Source: Scenedesmus sp. PABB004 (Eukaryota). Taken from it: DNA of 64,000 nt. The position numbers were made by a program, and so were the translations under genes. This document shows, piece after piece, positions 1-11,433 of this stretch (positions are counted from its first letter, which is position 1; the number at the start of each line of letters is the position of its first letter). Location of the stretch: assembly GCA_014905635.1 (NCBI GenBank), contig CM026547.1, positions 1,364,001 to 1,428,000 on the forward strand. The letters are read 5' to 3'. A model generated the notes under the pieces. That model saw only the letters and a list, made by a program, of their open reading frames with translations, did no database searches and was not told the DNA's origin.

Positions 1-155
1 TTTGCCGGCGTCCTGGCGCAGGTCGCGCCCGCGCAGGCGTTCCTCGGGTGCGCGGCGCAGGCCGCGCGGGGCGCCCGCCGCGCCCGCCCGCGCGCGTACG
101 GCTGCACCGCACGCGGCCGGCCCCGCCCACGCACCCGCCTGCGCCGCGCGCGCAG

Positions 156-1028
156 CTTCGGCGAGGGCAAGGCGCGCGAGGAGGCGTACGTGTCCGAGAC
201 GGTGCGGCGACGGCGCCGCCGCAGGGGGCGCGTCGCGCGCTGTGGCCGCCCGCGGCGTCGCCACGCGTGCCCCGTCGCCGCCCGCGGCGCGGCGCGCCGG
301 CCGGCCCACGCGCGCCCGCGCGCTGCCGCCGCCCGGGCGCCGCAGACCGCCATCCTGGGCAAGGTCAACACCGTGCTGGCGCTCGACAAGGACGACCCGA
401 CCAAGGAGGAGAGCGTCAAGGCGGTGAGCGCCAGCGCCGCCGCCCCAGCGCCGCCCCCCGCCCCCCAAAGCGCCGCGCCGGGGGCAGCGCGCGGCGGCCC
501 GCAGCCGCCGCCGCCGCCGACGCGCGTCCGCGTCCGCGTCCGCCGCGGGCGGCGCCGCCGCAGCTGCGCAAGGACATCAACGCCTGGGTCGCCCGGTACC
601 GCCGCGACGCGAGCTTCTCGGGCAAGCCCTCGTACGGGTGGGCCGCGCGGCGCGCCGCGCGCCGCCCAGGGGCGGCGCCGGCAGGCGCGGCCGGCGCGCG
701 CGCCGCCCGCGAGGCGCTGCGTCCGGCGCTCACGCCGCGCGCGGCCGCGCGCCCCGGCGCCGCTGCCGCAGCAACACCTACTCCGCGCTCAACGCGCTCG
801 CGGGGCACTACAACAGCTTTGGCGCGACCGCGCCCATCCCCAAGAAGCGCCTCGACCGCCTCTCCAAGGCGCGCGGGCGCCGGGGGCGGGGCGGGCGGCG
901 CGGCGCCGCCGCCCGCGCGGTCCGCCCGCCCGCCGGCGCGCGGCTCAGTGCGCCGCCCGCCGCGCGCCGCCCCGCCCGCCGCGCAGGAGCTGGGCGACGC
1001 CGAGCTGCTGCTGGCGCGCGGCCGCTGA
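156..1028 (+). CDS. PSB27: Photosystem II assembly factor Psb27 (5' end uncertain or outside window)
   Basis: Exons ~156-201, 346-423, 564-638, 771-868 and 987-1028 splice to ...AYVSET-TAILGKVNTVLALDKDDPTKEESVKA-LRKDINAWVARYRRDASFSGKPSYG-NTYSALNALAGHYNSFGATAPIPKKRLDRLSK-ELGDAELLLARGR*, the typical Psb27 signature (WVxRYRR, YSALNALAGHY). The last intron is GC-AG. Confidence 0.9.
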   Translation, partial: LRRGQGARGGVRVRDGAATAPPQGARRALWPPAASPRVPRRRPRRGAPAGPRAPARCRRPGAADRHPGQGQHRAGARQGRPDQGGERQGGERQRRRPSAAPRPPKRRAGGSARRPAAAAAADARPRPRPPRAAPPQLRKDINAWVARYRRDASFSGKPSYGWAARRAARRPGAAPAGAAGARAAREALRPALTPRAAARPGAAAAATPTPRSTRSRGTTTALARPRPSPRSASTASPRRAGAGGGAGGAAPPPARSARPPARGSVRRPPRAAPPAAQELGDAELLLARGR

Positions 1029-1386
1029 GCGGCGGCGGCGCCGCGCGGGCGGCCCTGCCGGGGGGGCCGGGCGGGGCGGCGGCGACGCAGCGGACCGCGC
1101 GCGCGAATGCTGCAATCGATCGCATGACGCATGGCGCGGGGGCCCAAATTTTGGCGCCGGAGGCGAACAAGTCGTAAAGCAACCTGATCACCTCTCGCCG
1201 AGCGCGGCAGCAGAGGTTCTGGCACGCCGCGCGCCCTTGCCGCCGCTGCTGCTGCCGGCGCCGCCTGCACGGCCGCACACACCACAGCCGCAGCCCCCTC
1301 CACCGCGGCGCGCGCCGTGCGCACCAAGGGGCCCCCGTCGCGAGGCAGCAGCAGCCGCCCGCGGACCATCAGCAGCAGGCTGCGCG

Positions 1387-3158
1387 ATGGCGGAGGTGGC
1401 TGCGGCCCCCGCCGCGGCCTCGCGCAAGCGCATCTCGCTGCGCCTCGACGACGGCAGCCTCATCGGCAGCGTGGAGAGCCTGCTGGGCAACGGGGGCTGC
1501 GGGACCGTGCTGCTCGGCTTTGAGGCCGCCTGCCGCACCGGGCGGGCCGGCAAGGCCGACCTGGAGCGCCTGGACAAGCTCATCTCCGCGTTCCAGGCGC
1601 GCGTGTCTGGATTCCACGCCATCCCGCGCAGCGAGCTCAAGGCGCGCAACCCGTACACCCAGGACGTGCGTGCCCGCGCGCCGCGGGGGGCCCGGGGGGA
1701 CGTGCCGGGTCCGGGGCCGGCCGCGGACGGCGCCGCGGCGCCATGCGCGGCGCCGCGGCGGCGCGGCGGCCCGACGAGCCCGCGTGCGATGCTGCTGCCG
1801 CCGCGCACGGCCGCCGCCGCCGCGGCGCAGGTGCAACGCGCGATCAAGCGCCAGCGCTCGCTCGCCAACGGCGAGGTCCCGCCCTTTGCGTCGCCCGAGC
1901 ACCTCGCGACGCCCGGCGGCGGCGGCGGCGACTTTGGCGGCAAGTGCATGGAGGTCCTGCAGCGCGTGCTCGGCGCGTGCGGGAGCATCGGCATGGTGTA
2001 CCACCTCCCCGCGCGCGACGTGTTCTACCGCCCCGTGAGCGAGACCTTCCCGGGCATCGCCGACCAGTACTACAGGCTCATCACGCGCCCCATGACCTTC
2101 CGCACGATCGAGGAGCGCCTCCGCGCCGGCGCCTACGCGGGCGCGCAGGAGTTTGCAGACGTGCGGCGGCGGCGGCGGCGCGGCGGCGCGGCGGCGTGGC
2201 GGCAGCGCGCGCGTCCTGCCGGCGCGGCGCGGCGCGGCGCCGCAGGGCGCTCACCGCGCTGCCGCCGCGCCGCGCCGGGGGCCGCTCCCGTCGCCAGGAC
2301 ATGCGGCTGGTGTTTGACAACTGCAAGACCTTCAACCCGCTGCCCAACGACCCCGTGCGCATCGCGTGCCTGCGCCTGTCCGAGGTCTTTGAGCAGCAGT
2401 GGGTCGCGACGGGGCTGTGCGCCGAGTCGGCGCGCGCGCGGCGCACCAACGCCGGCGTCGCGGCGCCCAAGTTCGAGCCCGAGGACTTTGACCCCGCGCC
2501 CCACCGCGCGCGGGTGAGCGGCGCGCGCGCGGGCGCGGGCGCGGCGCGGCGCGGGCGCGCAGCGCGGCACGCGCCTGACGCGGCGCCCCGCCTCCGCCGC
2601 GCGCAGGACGGCCTGGGCCGGCTGCAGAGCCACGAGGTGTCGTCGTACCGGGAGGAGGAGGTGGAGCAGCACGCCATCCCCGAGGACGTGCTGCAGGAGG
2701 TCGCGGCGGCGCTGCCGGAGCTGGGGCCCGACAACCTGCAGGGTGCGCAGCGGCGCGGCGCCGGGCGCGAGCAGCGGCCGCGGCCGCCGCAGGCGCGCGC
2801 TGACCGCGCCCGCTGACCACGGCCGCGCCCCGGCGCGCGCCGCCGGGTCTGGTCGCAGTCGCGCTGGGCAAGTTCAACGAGGGCGTGGTGTCGTACGACG
2901 AGGAGGGCGAGGTGGAGCTGGACCTGGAGAAGGTCGACTATGCGAGCCTCATGGACGTGCGTGTGACGTTATGTTATTGGGGGGGGGGGGCAGGGGCAGG
3001 GGCGGGGCAGGAGGCGTGCGGCGGCGCAGCGCAGCACCGGGCAGCAGCGGCGTGCGGCCGCGGCGGGGCGCCCCAGCCGCGCGCGCCCGCCCCGCGGCCG
3101 CAGGTCGACGCGTACATCCGGCAGGTCAACGGCCTGCCGCCGCGCGAGATGCCGGCGC

Positions 3159-3189
<31 letters not shown>

Positions 3190-3313
3190 GGCCGGCGTGA
3201 GCGAGAGCGACGGCGGTGCGTCGGGGCGGCGCGGGCGCGGCGGCGTGCGCGCCGAGGCGGACGACGACGACGAGTACTACGGCGAGGAGGACGACAGCGA
3301 CGACGACGACTGA
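1387..3313 (+). CDS. BET/GTE-type bromodomain protein with C-terminal ET(NET)-like domain
   Basis: Bromodomain VFYRPVSETFPGIADQYYRLITRPMTFRTIEERL...FAD-DMRLVFDNCKTFNP. ET-like LPELGPDNLQ...EGEVELDLEKVDYASL. Acidic tail ending in TGA at 3311-3313. About 5 GT-AG introns. Confidence 0.8.
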
Positions 3314-3792
3314 GCGGCGGCCGGGGCGCGAGCAGCAGCAGCAGCTGGAGGGGGTGGGGCGAGCGCGTGGGCTGGCGGGGCGCGGGCGGTCGTCGTCGGC
3401 ACGCGCATCGGGCGAGCACGCGGCCGCCGCCCGGCGGGCAGCGTGCCTGCTGCGCCACAAGCTGTGTGGCGATGGCCCGGGGCTGGTTGCGGCGAGCAGC
3501 GAGCGGCGGCTTGTGAACAGCGCTGAACCCTCCAGCGCACGAATGCCGCGCCACGCCGTCGCGCGGCAGCGGTCCCCACGCAGCGCTCCCCACTCGTCCG
3601 CACGTCCGCGGAGCTGCGCGCTGCGCCCTCTCGCGTAGTCAACAACAGCTTGCCCGCCTTTTCGTGCTCCGCGCCCCTGCTGCCCCCTCCCCCGCCCTGC
3701 TCCGCGGTACCGGGTGCAGCGCGACGGCCTGAGCGCGCCTGGCACAGCAGCGGCGCGCCATGCTGGACGGGGGCGCCGGGGCGGCGGCGCTG

Positions 3793-5512
3793 ATGGCGCA
3801 GGTGCGCCGCCCGCGCCCGGGCGGCCCCGCAGGCGCCGCTTGCGTCGCCGGTGCTGACGCCCCTGGCCCGCCGGCACCGCCGGAGCCCGCAGCCGGACGA
3901 CCCCACGCTGGAGCGCAGCTTCCGGGGCCACCGCGACGGCGTGACCAGCGTGGCGTTCAACTCCAACCTCAAGCAGCTCATCTCCGGCTCCCTGGACAAC
4001 TGCGTCATGGTGTGGAACTTCAAGCCCCAGCTGCGCGCCTTCCGCTTCGCCGGCCACAAGGCGCGGGCCGCGCCGCCGCGCCGCCGCGCGCGATGCTGGC
4101 GCCACCGCCGCGCTGCTGGCGCGTCGCGCCCGCCCACGCCACGCCGCGCGCGCGCCGCACGCACGCAGGCGGCGGTCTACTCGGTCGCCTTCTCGCCGTC
4201 GCACAGCCTGATCGCGTCGGGCTCCAAGGACAAGACCGTGCGGCTGTGGCAGCCCAGCGTGTGCGTGCCGCCCCGGGCCGCGGCGGCGCGGGGAGCGGCC
4301 CCGCCCCGCCCCGCCCCGCGCCGCGCCGCACGCGCGCTCACACGCGCGCCCCCGCCCCGCGCCGCCCCGCGCAGCGAGGGGCGCTCCACCGTGCTCAAGG
4401 CGCACACGGGCACCGTGCGCGCGGTCGGCTTCTCGCAGGACGGCGGCAGCCTCATCACCGCGTCGGACGACAAGACCGCCAAGCTCTGGTCCCTGCCCAC
4501 GCAGCGCTTCCTCTTCACGCTCAGCGGGCACAGCAACTGGGTGCGCGCGGCGCAGATCAGCCCGGACGGCCGCCTCGCGGTCACGGGCAGCGACGACCGC
4601 ACGGTCAAGGTGTGGGACCTGGCGAGCCGCCGCGTCATCCGCTCGTACGAGGGCCACGGCGCGGGCGTCAACACCGTGCTGTTCCACCCCGACGGCACCT
4701 GCATCGCCTCGGGCGGCGCCGACGGCGCGCTGCGGCTGTGGGACCTGCGCTCCGACGCCCTGCTGCAGCACTACGCCGGCTCGAGCGCCGGCGCCGCACT
4801 CACGGGCGCGGCGTGGCACCCGAGCGGCAACTTCCTGCTCACGAGCAGCCTCGACACCACGCTCAAGGTGTGGGACCTGCGCGAGGGGCAGCTCTTCTAC
4901 ACGCTGCGCGGCCACGAGGGCGCGTCGCTCGGCGTCGCGTTCAGCCCCGCGGGCGACTTTTTCGCGAGCGGCGGCGCCGACGAGCAGGTCATGGTCTGGC
5001 GCACCAACTTTGACCGCCAGCTCGAGGGCTACACCCTCGCCACGACCACGCGCGCCACCGACCACGCGCCGGCGCCGCCGGCGCCGCCGGCGCCCGCGCA
5101 GCAGCCGCCGCCGCAGCAGCGGCCGCCGCCGCCACCGCAGCAGCAGCACCACCACCACCAACAGCAGCAGCAGCAGCAGCCGCTCGGCGGCGGCGGCGCC
5201 CCAGCCGGGGGCTCGCCGGCGCGGCACCACGGCCACCACAAGGCGCACCCGGCGGCGGCCGGCGCCGCGGACGCCGCGGCCGGCGCCGACCAGGGCCTGG
5301 GGCTGGGCGGCGCGCCCGGTGGCGTGCTGGAGGTGCCGCCGCCGATGAACCTGGAGGGCGTGCCCGAGGCCGTCGCCGCGACGCTGCAGCACATCGTGGC
5401 GCAGCTCGACTCGCTCGTCGCGGTCGTCGGCGGCATGGAGCTGCGCCTGCGCCAGGCCGAGGAGCGGCTGGCGCGCGCCGAGGGCGCCGCGCCGGCGCGC
5501 GGCGCGCAGTGA
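3793..5512 (+). CDS. POC1: POC1 centriolar WD40 protein
   Basis: [59 protein letters not shown], then seven WD40 repeats ending [10 protein letters not shown]-terminal Poc1 coiled-coil ([30 protein letters not shown]). Confidence 0.92.
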
Positions 5513-5850
5513 CGGGGACGGCGGCGCGCGCGGGCGCGCGCGGCGCAGCTGACCAGGGCGGCGGCGCCGACTGACCGGCCGGGCGGGGCGGCGCCCGCGT
5601 TGCGGGCGGTGGTCGCGGGCTGTGAGCGAGCACGCGTTGTCGTTTCCAGGTAAACGCTCGGCACCAGGCACGCTCCCGCACACAACTCGACTCGCTCTGC
5701 TGCGCCGCTCCCGCGTTCTTCTTCAGCTGGCGACCGGCCCACAACGCTCGCTCCCCGCTCGCCTGCCGCGCGCCGCATGCGCGGCGCAGCGGCGCTCACT
5801 GCAGCGGCGGCAATCCACGCTCGACGCCCAGACGACCCCCTGGTGCGCGC

Positions 5851-7332
5851 TCAGAACGCCGCCACGCCGCCGCCGCTCCCCTGCCCCAGGCCTCGCGACA
5901 GCCGCTCCGCGCCGCCGGCGCCGGCGCCGCTCGCGCGGCGGCCGCCGCCGCTGCTCGCGAGGCCGCCGGCGCCGGCGCCGCCCGCGGGCGCCGCGCCGGC
6001 CGAGGCCGACGCCAGGGGCAGGGCCTGCAGCCAGGCCAGCAGCTGCTGGCCGACCGCGGGCGCCTGCGGGCCGAGGAGCATGTCGTGCGTCACGCCGTCC
6101 AGCAGCACGACCTCGGCGCCCCAGTGCTCGCGCGCGGCCGACACCTGGAAGGGCCGGATGATGCGGTCCGCGGCGCCGCCGAGCGCGAGCACCGGCGGCA
6201 GCGCGCGGCGCGCGGCCGGCTCCGGCGGCGGCGGCCGCCACGCGCCGACCTCCTTCGTCACGTACGGCAGCACGCGGCTGCTCGCGCGCATCGCGGACAG
6301 GTGCGCCGCAGCCTCGGCCTCGTCCATGCCGCCCTCCCACCAGCAGTAGCGCGCGGTGTGCAGGTCGTTGAGGTGCGCGCTGGTGGCGACGATGTACATC
6401 TGGTACGCAAACTCAGGCAGCCCCACGTCAGCAATGAAGCGCCCAAACGCCATCACCGTGCCCGCGCACGCGCTCGCCAGCAGCACCGCGCCCGACAGCG
6501 CCGGCAGCGGCGCGCCGCCGGCGCCGCCGCCGGCGCCGTCGCCGTCGCCGCACGGCGCCGCCTGCGCGGCGAGGCGGTGCAGGTACTCCTGCACAAACAT
6601 GCCGCCCAGGGAGTGGCCGACGAGCACGGGCGGCGTCGCAAAGCCGCGGCTCGCGATGAACGCGGCGACGTCCGACACGTTGACGTCCAGCGGCACGCCG
6701 TGCGGGAACGGGCCCTTGCCGTGCCCGCCGCCGCCGCCGGGCGGCGGCGCGGCGGGCGCGGCGTCGCCGCCGGGCGCGAGCGCGCTGCCGCCCTGGCCGC
6801 GCAGGCTGAGCGCGTAGCAGTCGTGCCCCGCCGCCGCGAGCGCGGGCATGAGGCCCCGCCAGTACCATGCCGCCCGGAAGAGGCCGTGGATGAGCACCAC
6901 GGGCGGCGCGCCGCCGCCGCCGCCGCCGCAGGCAGCGGCGCGCATCTCGAGCACCTCCAGCGCCGTGCCGTCGGGCGCGCGCCACGTGCCCGCCGTGACC
7001 ACCCCGCCGTCAGCCGCCGGCGCGTCGCCGCCGCCGGCGGTCGCCGCCGTGCGACGCCGCCGCAGCCGGCACGGTGCCAGCTGCACCGCCGCCGCCGGCG
7101 GCGCGGCCGCGCGCGCCCGCAGCGCAGCAGCAGCGGCACCGCGCCGCGCCGTGGAGCACCGCCCCGGGCGCGGAGCCTGGCGCCATGCGGTTGCGTTGGC
7201 ACCTGCGGGCCAGATCGTCGAAGGCCGGGGCCCCTGCGGCGGCGGGCGCAGGCGTGAGCTGTGGGCGACTGCTGGCCACCGCTTGTAGGAGGCCCGCGGG
7301 CCACCCGGCCGCCGTCTGGCCTCAACGAACAT
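5851..7332 (-). CDS. Alpha/beta-fold hydrolase (start codon uncertain)
   Basis: PPVVLIHG oxyanion motif, GHSLGG nucleophile elbow, LGGAADRII acid residue and GVTHDML catalytic His, all in one open frame. Confidence 0.8.
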   Translation of the reverse strand: MFVEARRRPGGPRASYKRWPAVAHSSRLRPPPQGPRPSTIWPAGANATAWRQAPRPGRCSTARRGAAAAALRARAAAPPAAAVQLAPCRLRRRRTAATAGGGDAPAADGGVVTAGTWRAPDGTALEVLEMRAAACGGGGGGAPPVVLIHGLFRAAWYWRGLMPALAAAGHDCYALSLRGQGGSALAPGGDAAPAAPPPGGGGGHGKGPFPHGVPLDVNVSDVAAFIASRGFATPPVLVGHSLGGMFVQEYLHRLAAQAAPCGDGDGAGGGAGGAPLPALSGAVLLASACAGTVMAFGRFIADVGLPEFAYQMYIVATSAHLNDLHTARYCWWEGGMDEAEAAAHLSAMRASSRVLPYVTKEVGAWRPPPPEPAARRALPPVLALGGAADRIIRPFQVSAAREHWGAEVVLLDGVTHDMLLGPQAPAVGQQLLAWLQALPLASASAGAAPAGGAGAGGLASSGGGRRASGAGAGGAERLSRGLGQGSGGGVAAF

Positions 7333-7818
7333 GGCACCACTCGCAAGGGCGGCGCGATGCGCCCGCTGGCCGGGCTCCCCGCGCGCCCCTGGGCCGCGCA
7401 GCGCGGGCGCGGGCAATGCGCTCACCGCGGCGTGCTGCACGGCCCGCATGGCGTCCTGTCGCCCCGCCCCGCCAGGCCTCGTGCAACGCTCCTCCTGCAA
7501 CTACCCCCGGGGTGCGTGAGGGCCTGGGTGTGTGAGGGGCGCGGGTGGCGCTGCTGCTGCGCCGTGTGGCCGGCGGCGCCGGCGCAGCACACGAGCGGCG
7601 CTGGGCGTGGGCGCTGCGGCCGGCTGTCGGTTGGCAGGCAGGCGCAGCGAGAGGCGGCGTGGGCGCTTGCTGTCCGGCCCGCGGCGGCGCGGAAATATCC
7701 GCGGCCACGTGGGGCGTCAGCGCCGCGCGGCAGTCGACGTCACTCGCCCGGCCGAGTGACAGCTACCAGCAACCGAGCAGCGCCGCTTCCAAGCACCCCA
7801 CCTCACAAACTCACAAAC

Positions 7819-8863
7819 TCACTCCGCGCCGAGGCCGCGCTGGCGGGGGCGCTGCGCCGCGGCGAGCGGCGCGGGCCGGCCCTGCCGCGCGCGGCCCAGG
7901 CCCTGCCCTGGGCTCCATCCCATCCCGCCGAGCAGCCGCGACCCGATGCCGGTGGTGTGCGCCTCCCAGCCGCCAAAGGCCGCCGCGCCGGCGTCAGCGG
8001 CCGGGGCCGCGGCGGCGCCCGGGCCGCCCTCGTCGCCGGCGCTGCCCGGCGCCGCGGCGGCGGCGCGCGCGTCACGGCGCTGGTTGCGCTGCGCGCGCTT
8101 GCGCGCGCGCTTCACCTGCTGCGCGGTGAGGCCCAGCGTCAGCAGGCCGGCGCCGTCGGCGCTGTCGTCGCTGCCGCCGCCGCCGCCGCCCCCGAGCGCG
8201 GCGGCTGCGAACGCCGCCACGGCCTGCCGCCCGCCGCCGGGGCCGAGCGCGGGGTTGGGCGCCGCACCCCGCAGCGCCGCGGCCTGCTCGCGCTGCTGCT
8301 GGCGCGCGGCACGCCGCGCGGCGGCGGGGTTGGGCGCCGCACGGAGCGCTGCAAACTTGGCCTCCAGCTCGGTCAGCCGGCCGTCGCTCGCGGCCGCGGC
8401 GGCGGGCGGCGGCGGGGCGCCGAGGCCAAGGCCGAGCCCCCCGCACGAACGCTCGTACGCCGGCGGCGCGCCGGTGGGGCCGTCGCTGCCGGGCGCGGGG
8501 TCGACGAGCCACGCGCAGCCGCCGCTGCCCGCGCGCTCGGCTGCCGGCGCCGCGCCCGCTGCCGCCTGGTGCTCGCCTGCGCCGTCGTCGTCCGCCAGGA
8601 GCGCTGCCACAAACGCCGCCGTGCCGTCGCCGCCGGCGGCGGCCTGCGGGCTGCGGCGCGCGGCTGCGCCCAGCCCGCCGGCCCCCTGCGGCGCCGGCGA
8701 GCCCTCGTCCGAGCAGCCGCTGCTGCCGGCGGTGCCGCTGCTGCCGCCGCTGTCGCTGCCTGGCGCCGGCTCTGCCATGGCCGCGTCTGCGCCGCGGTTG
8801 GGGTCCAGCGCTCCCGCCGACACAAACGCCAGGGGCTGCTGCAGCGCAGAGGGCGCCCCAGCG

Positions 8864-8901
<38 letters not shown>

Positions 8902-10472
8902 GCCGCCGCCACTGCCCCTGCTGGGCTGGCGCTGCGGCCGCGGCGGCCGCGCGGCGCCGCCGTGCCGCTGCGGCTGTGACGGCGCCGCCGCCGCCGCCGC
9001 GGCCGCCAGCTCGCGCGTGAGCTCCTGTGTGAGCAGCGCCTGCAGCTGCGCGACGCGCGCGTCGCCGTCCGCGAGCGGCGCCGCGGCCGGCGTGGCAGTC
9101 AGCGTGAGCGCCGAGACGCCGGTCGCGCGCACACCGTGCAGCGCCGCGACGGCTCGTACGAAGGCTGCCTTGCGCCTGCTGCAGGGCGGCAGCACCTCCA
9201 TGTCGCCGCCGCTCGCAGCAAACGCCTCGACCGCCGCCACGAGCGCCTGCGCGCTCACCCCGCGCTCCACCTCGCGCGCGGTGCGCTTCGCGGCGATCTT
9301 CTCCCGCCGCAGCCGCTGCTTCTCGCCCGGCAGCAGCTGCCCGTGGTTTGCGCCCTTGGCGGCCGAGCGCTGCTGCCGGCGCGCGTCCCGCCGCGCAGCG
9401 GCGCCGCCCTCGGCGGCCTCCGCGGCGACGGCGGCTGCCGCCGCCGCGCAGGCCGCCGCTGCCGCTGCCGCCGCCGCCGGGCTCGCCAGCGCGGGCGCGC
9501 CCGCGGGCAGCTGCGCCGGCGGGGCGAGCGCGCCGCCGCCGCGGCTGCGCGCGGGCGCCGGGGACGGCCGCGCCGCCCGGACGCCCCTGCCGTCGGCGCC
9601 GGGCCTGCCCGCGTCGCGGCGCGCCTGCACCGGGAAGCGCTGCTCGAGGCTCAGCTCCTCCCAGAGCGCCACCGGCGCGCCGGCGCCGTCCACCACGACC
9701 GCCGTCGAGGCGTCCAGGGCCGCCGCGTCGAGCGGCGCGCGGCGCGGCGCCTCGGCCGCCTGCTCGCCGCCGTCGCTGCCGTCGCCGGCGCCGCTGCTCC
9801 CAGGCGAGCCCATGTCCGCCGCGAGCAGGCCCTCCAGCGCGTCGTCGAGCGCCGCGCCGGCAAAGCGCGCCGCCGCGCCACCACCGCAGAAGCGGAACCC
9901 CAGGCCCGCTCGGGGCGCGCCGCCGCTGCCCTCGCTGCCCTCGCTGCCCTCGCTGCCGCCGCCGTCGTCGCTGCTGCCGTCGTCGCTGCTGCTGCTGCCG
10001 CTTCTGCTGCTGCTGCCATCGTCGCTGGTCGCCGCGTGGTGCGCCGCCCGCCCCTCACCCGGCTCGCCGTCGGCGGCGTCTTCATCGTCGCCGCGCCCCA
10101 GGTTGTCCATGTAGTCTCGCAGCGCCTCGTCCAGCGAGGCGCTGTCGCTCGACGGCGACGCGGCCGCTGCTGCGCGTGCTGCGCCGCGCGAGCCGCCGCG
10201 CGCCCCGCCCGCGCGCCCCCCACGCAAGCGTGGCGCGCGTATGACGACGCCGCCGACGTGCAGCCCATCCGCCGGCTCCTCGTCGCTCGCCGCGAGCTCC
10301 TGCAGCGGCGCGGCGCGGCGGCGCGCGCTCGGGCGACCGCCGCGCCCCGCCCAGCGGCGCCGTGGCACCGCCGAGCACGCTGCACACGCGTTCCGGCTGC
10401 GCCTCCCCGCCAGACACGCACCTCAGCGTGCGGCGCGCCTGCGACAAACTGCTGCTTCCGCCTGCGCCCCAT
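7819..10472 (-). CDS. R3H + G-patch domain RNA-processing protein (Sqs1/Pfa1-like)
   Basis: C-terminal G-patch WEAHTTGIGSRLLGGMGWSPGQGLGRARQG...RPRQRGLGAE*. R3H-like VEAFAASGGDMEVLPPCSRRKAAFVRAVAALHG. Putative first exon MGRRRKQQFVAGAPHAE from 10472. Confidence 0.75.
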
Positions 10473-10701
10473 CTCGCTGCTGCCTGTGGCGCCGGGTCAG
10501 GGCGAGCCCGAGCCGCCTGGCGGTCACGGCATGGCGGTCGCGAGGCCCGCCGGCGGTCGCGTGGCAGCGGCGCGCGGCAGCGGCGCGCGGCAGCGGCGGC
10601 GTGGGCGGCGGCAATGGGGTAGTGGCCAGCACTGCGGTTACTGCGCCGGCTGCAGACAATCAGCGCCGTGCACCCGAGCCGCGCCGCAAAACCGCTGCGT
10701 C

Positions 10702-11277
10702 TCACGCCCCGCCGCGCCGCTCAGCGCGCAGCCGCCCGCCCGCGAGCGCGCCGTCGAGCCCGGTCGGCGTCCCGGCGGTGCCGACCTTTTCATTCGTCCA
10801 GCGGCTGAACGCGCTCGCCGCGCGCATGGTCGCGATCGCCACGTCGACGTCTCGGCGGAGGTAGAACGCGCGGCAGTGCACCTGGGGCGCGGCGGCGCGG
10901 CGGCGCGGCGGCGCGGCGGCGCGGCGGCGCGGCGGCTCGGCGCCAAGCCGCGCAAGCCGCGCAACATGGGCGCGGCGCGGCCGTGCCTGCTGCTGGCGCA
11001 GCACGGGCGCGGTGACCTCGGCGCGCGTGGCGCCCACGCGCAGGAGCGAGCCGGTCAAGGGGTCGCGCAGCGCCGCGTGCGCGGCACGGACCGGCGCGGT
11101 CACCGTGGCGCCCGACACCGGGCTCGCGACCGACAGCAGCCCGCGCACGCGCTCGGCCTCGCCGAGCGTGCGGCCGAAAAGGGAGGCGCGCAGCGCGCCT
11201 GCGCCGGTCAGCGCGCCGGCGCCGCGGAACGTGTCCGCGCCCAGCGGAAGCGCCACCGGGCGGCCCTGCTGTGGCAT
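10702..11277 (-). CDS. Possible small hypothetical protein
   Basis: Two coding-like segments, MPQQGRPVALPLGADTF...VLRQQQ and VHCRAFYLRRDVDVAIATMRAASAFSRWTNEK, are separated by a GC-rich intron-like stretch. No recognisable domain. Confidence 0.3.
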   Translation of the reverse strand: MPQQGRPVALPLGADTFRGAGALTGAGALRASLFGRTLGEAERVRGLLSVASPVSGATVTAPVRAAHAALRDPLTGSLLRVGATRAEVTAPVLRQQQARPRRAHVARLARLGAEPPRRRAAAPPRRRAAAPQVHCRAFYLRRDVDVAIATMRAASAFSRWTNEKVGTAGTPTGLDGALAGGRLRAERRGGA

Positions 11278-11433
11278 GGTCAATCTTTGTGGTCTTTGTG
11301 GGCGCTCGGCCGACGCGGCGCCGGCGGCACCACGCCGCAGGGCCACCGGGTCTTTAGCGAAGACTCGGGCCGGCTCCGGCAAGGGGCGGCGGTCGCCGCC
11401 CGCCCGCAGTTTGCTCCGGCGGGACGCGGCCCC

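Noticed and set aside
1146..1160. E2F-like site TTTGGCGC upstream of the bromodomain gene
   Set aside because: A single short motif with no independent support.
2969..5683. Long antisense and alternate-frame ORFs (e.g. 904 aa here, also 38541-41252, 9136-11583, 15981-18122)
   Set aside because: These Arg/Ala/Pro/Gly-rich shadows arise from stop-codon scarcity at ~80% GC. They overlap well-supported genes on the other strand or frame.
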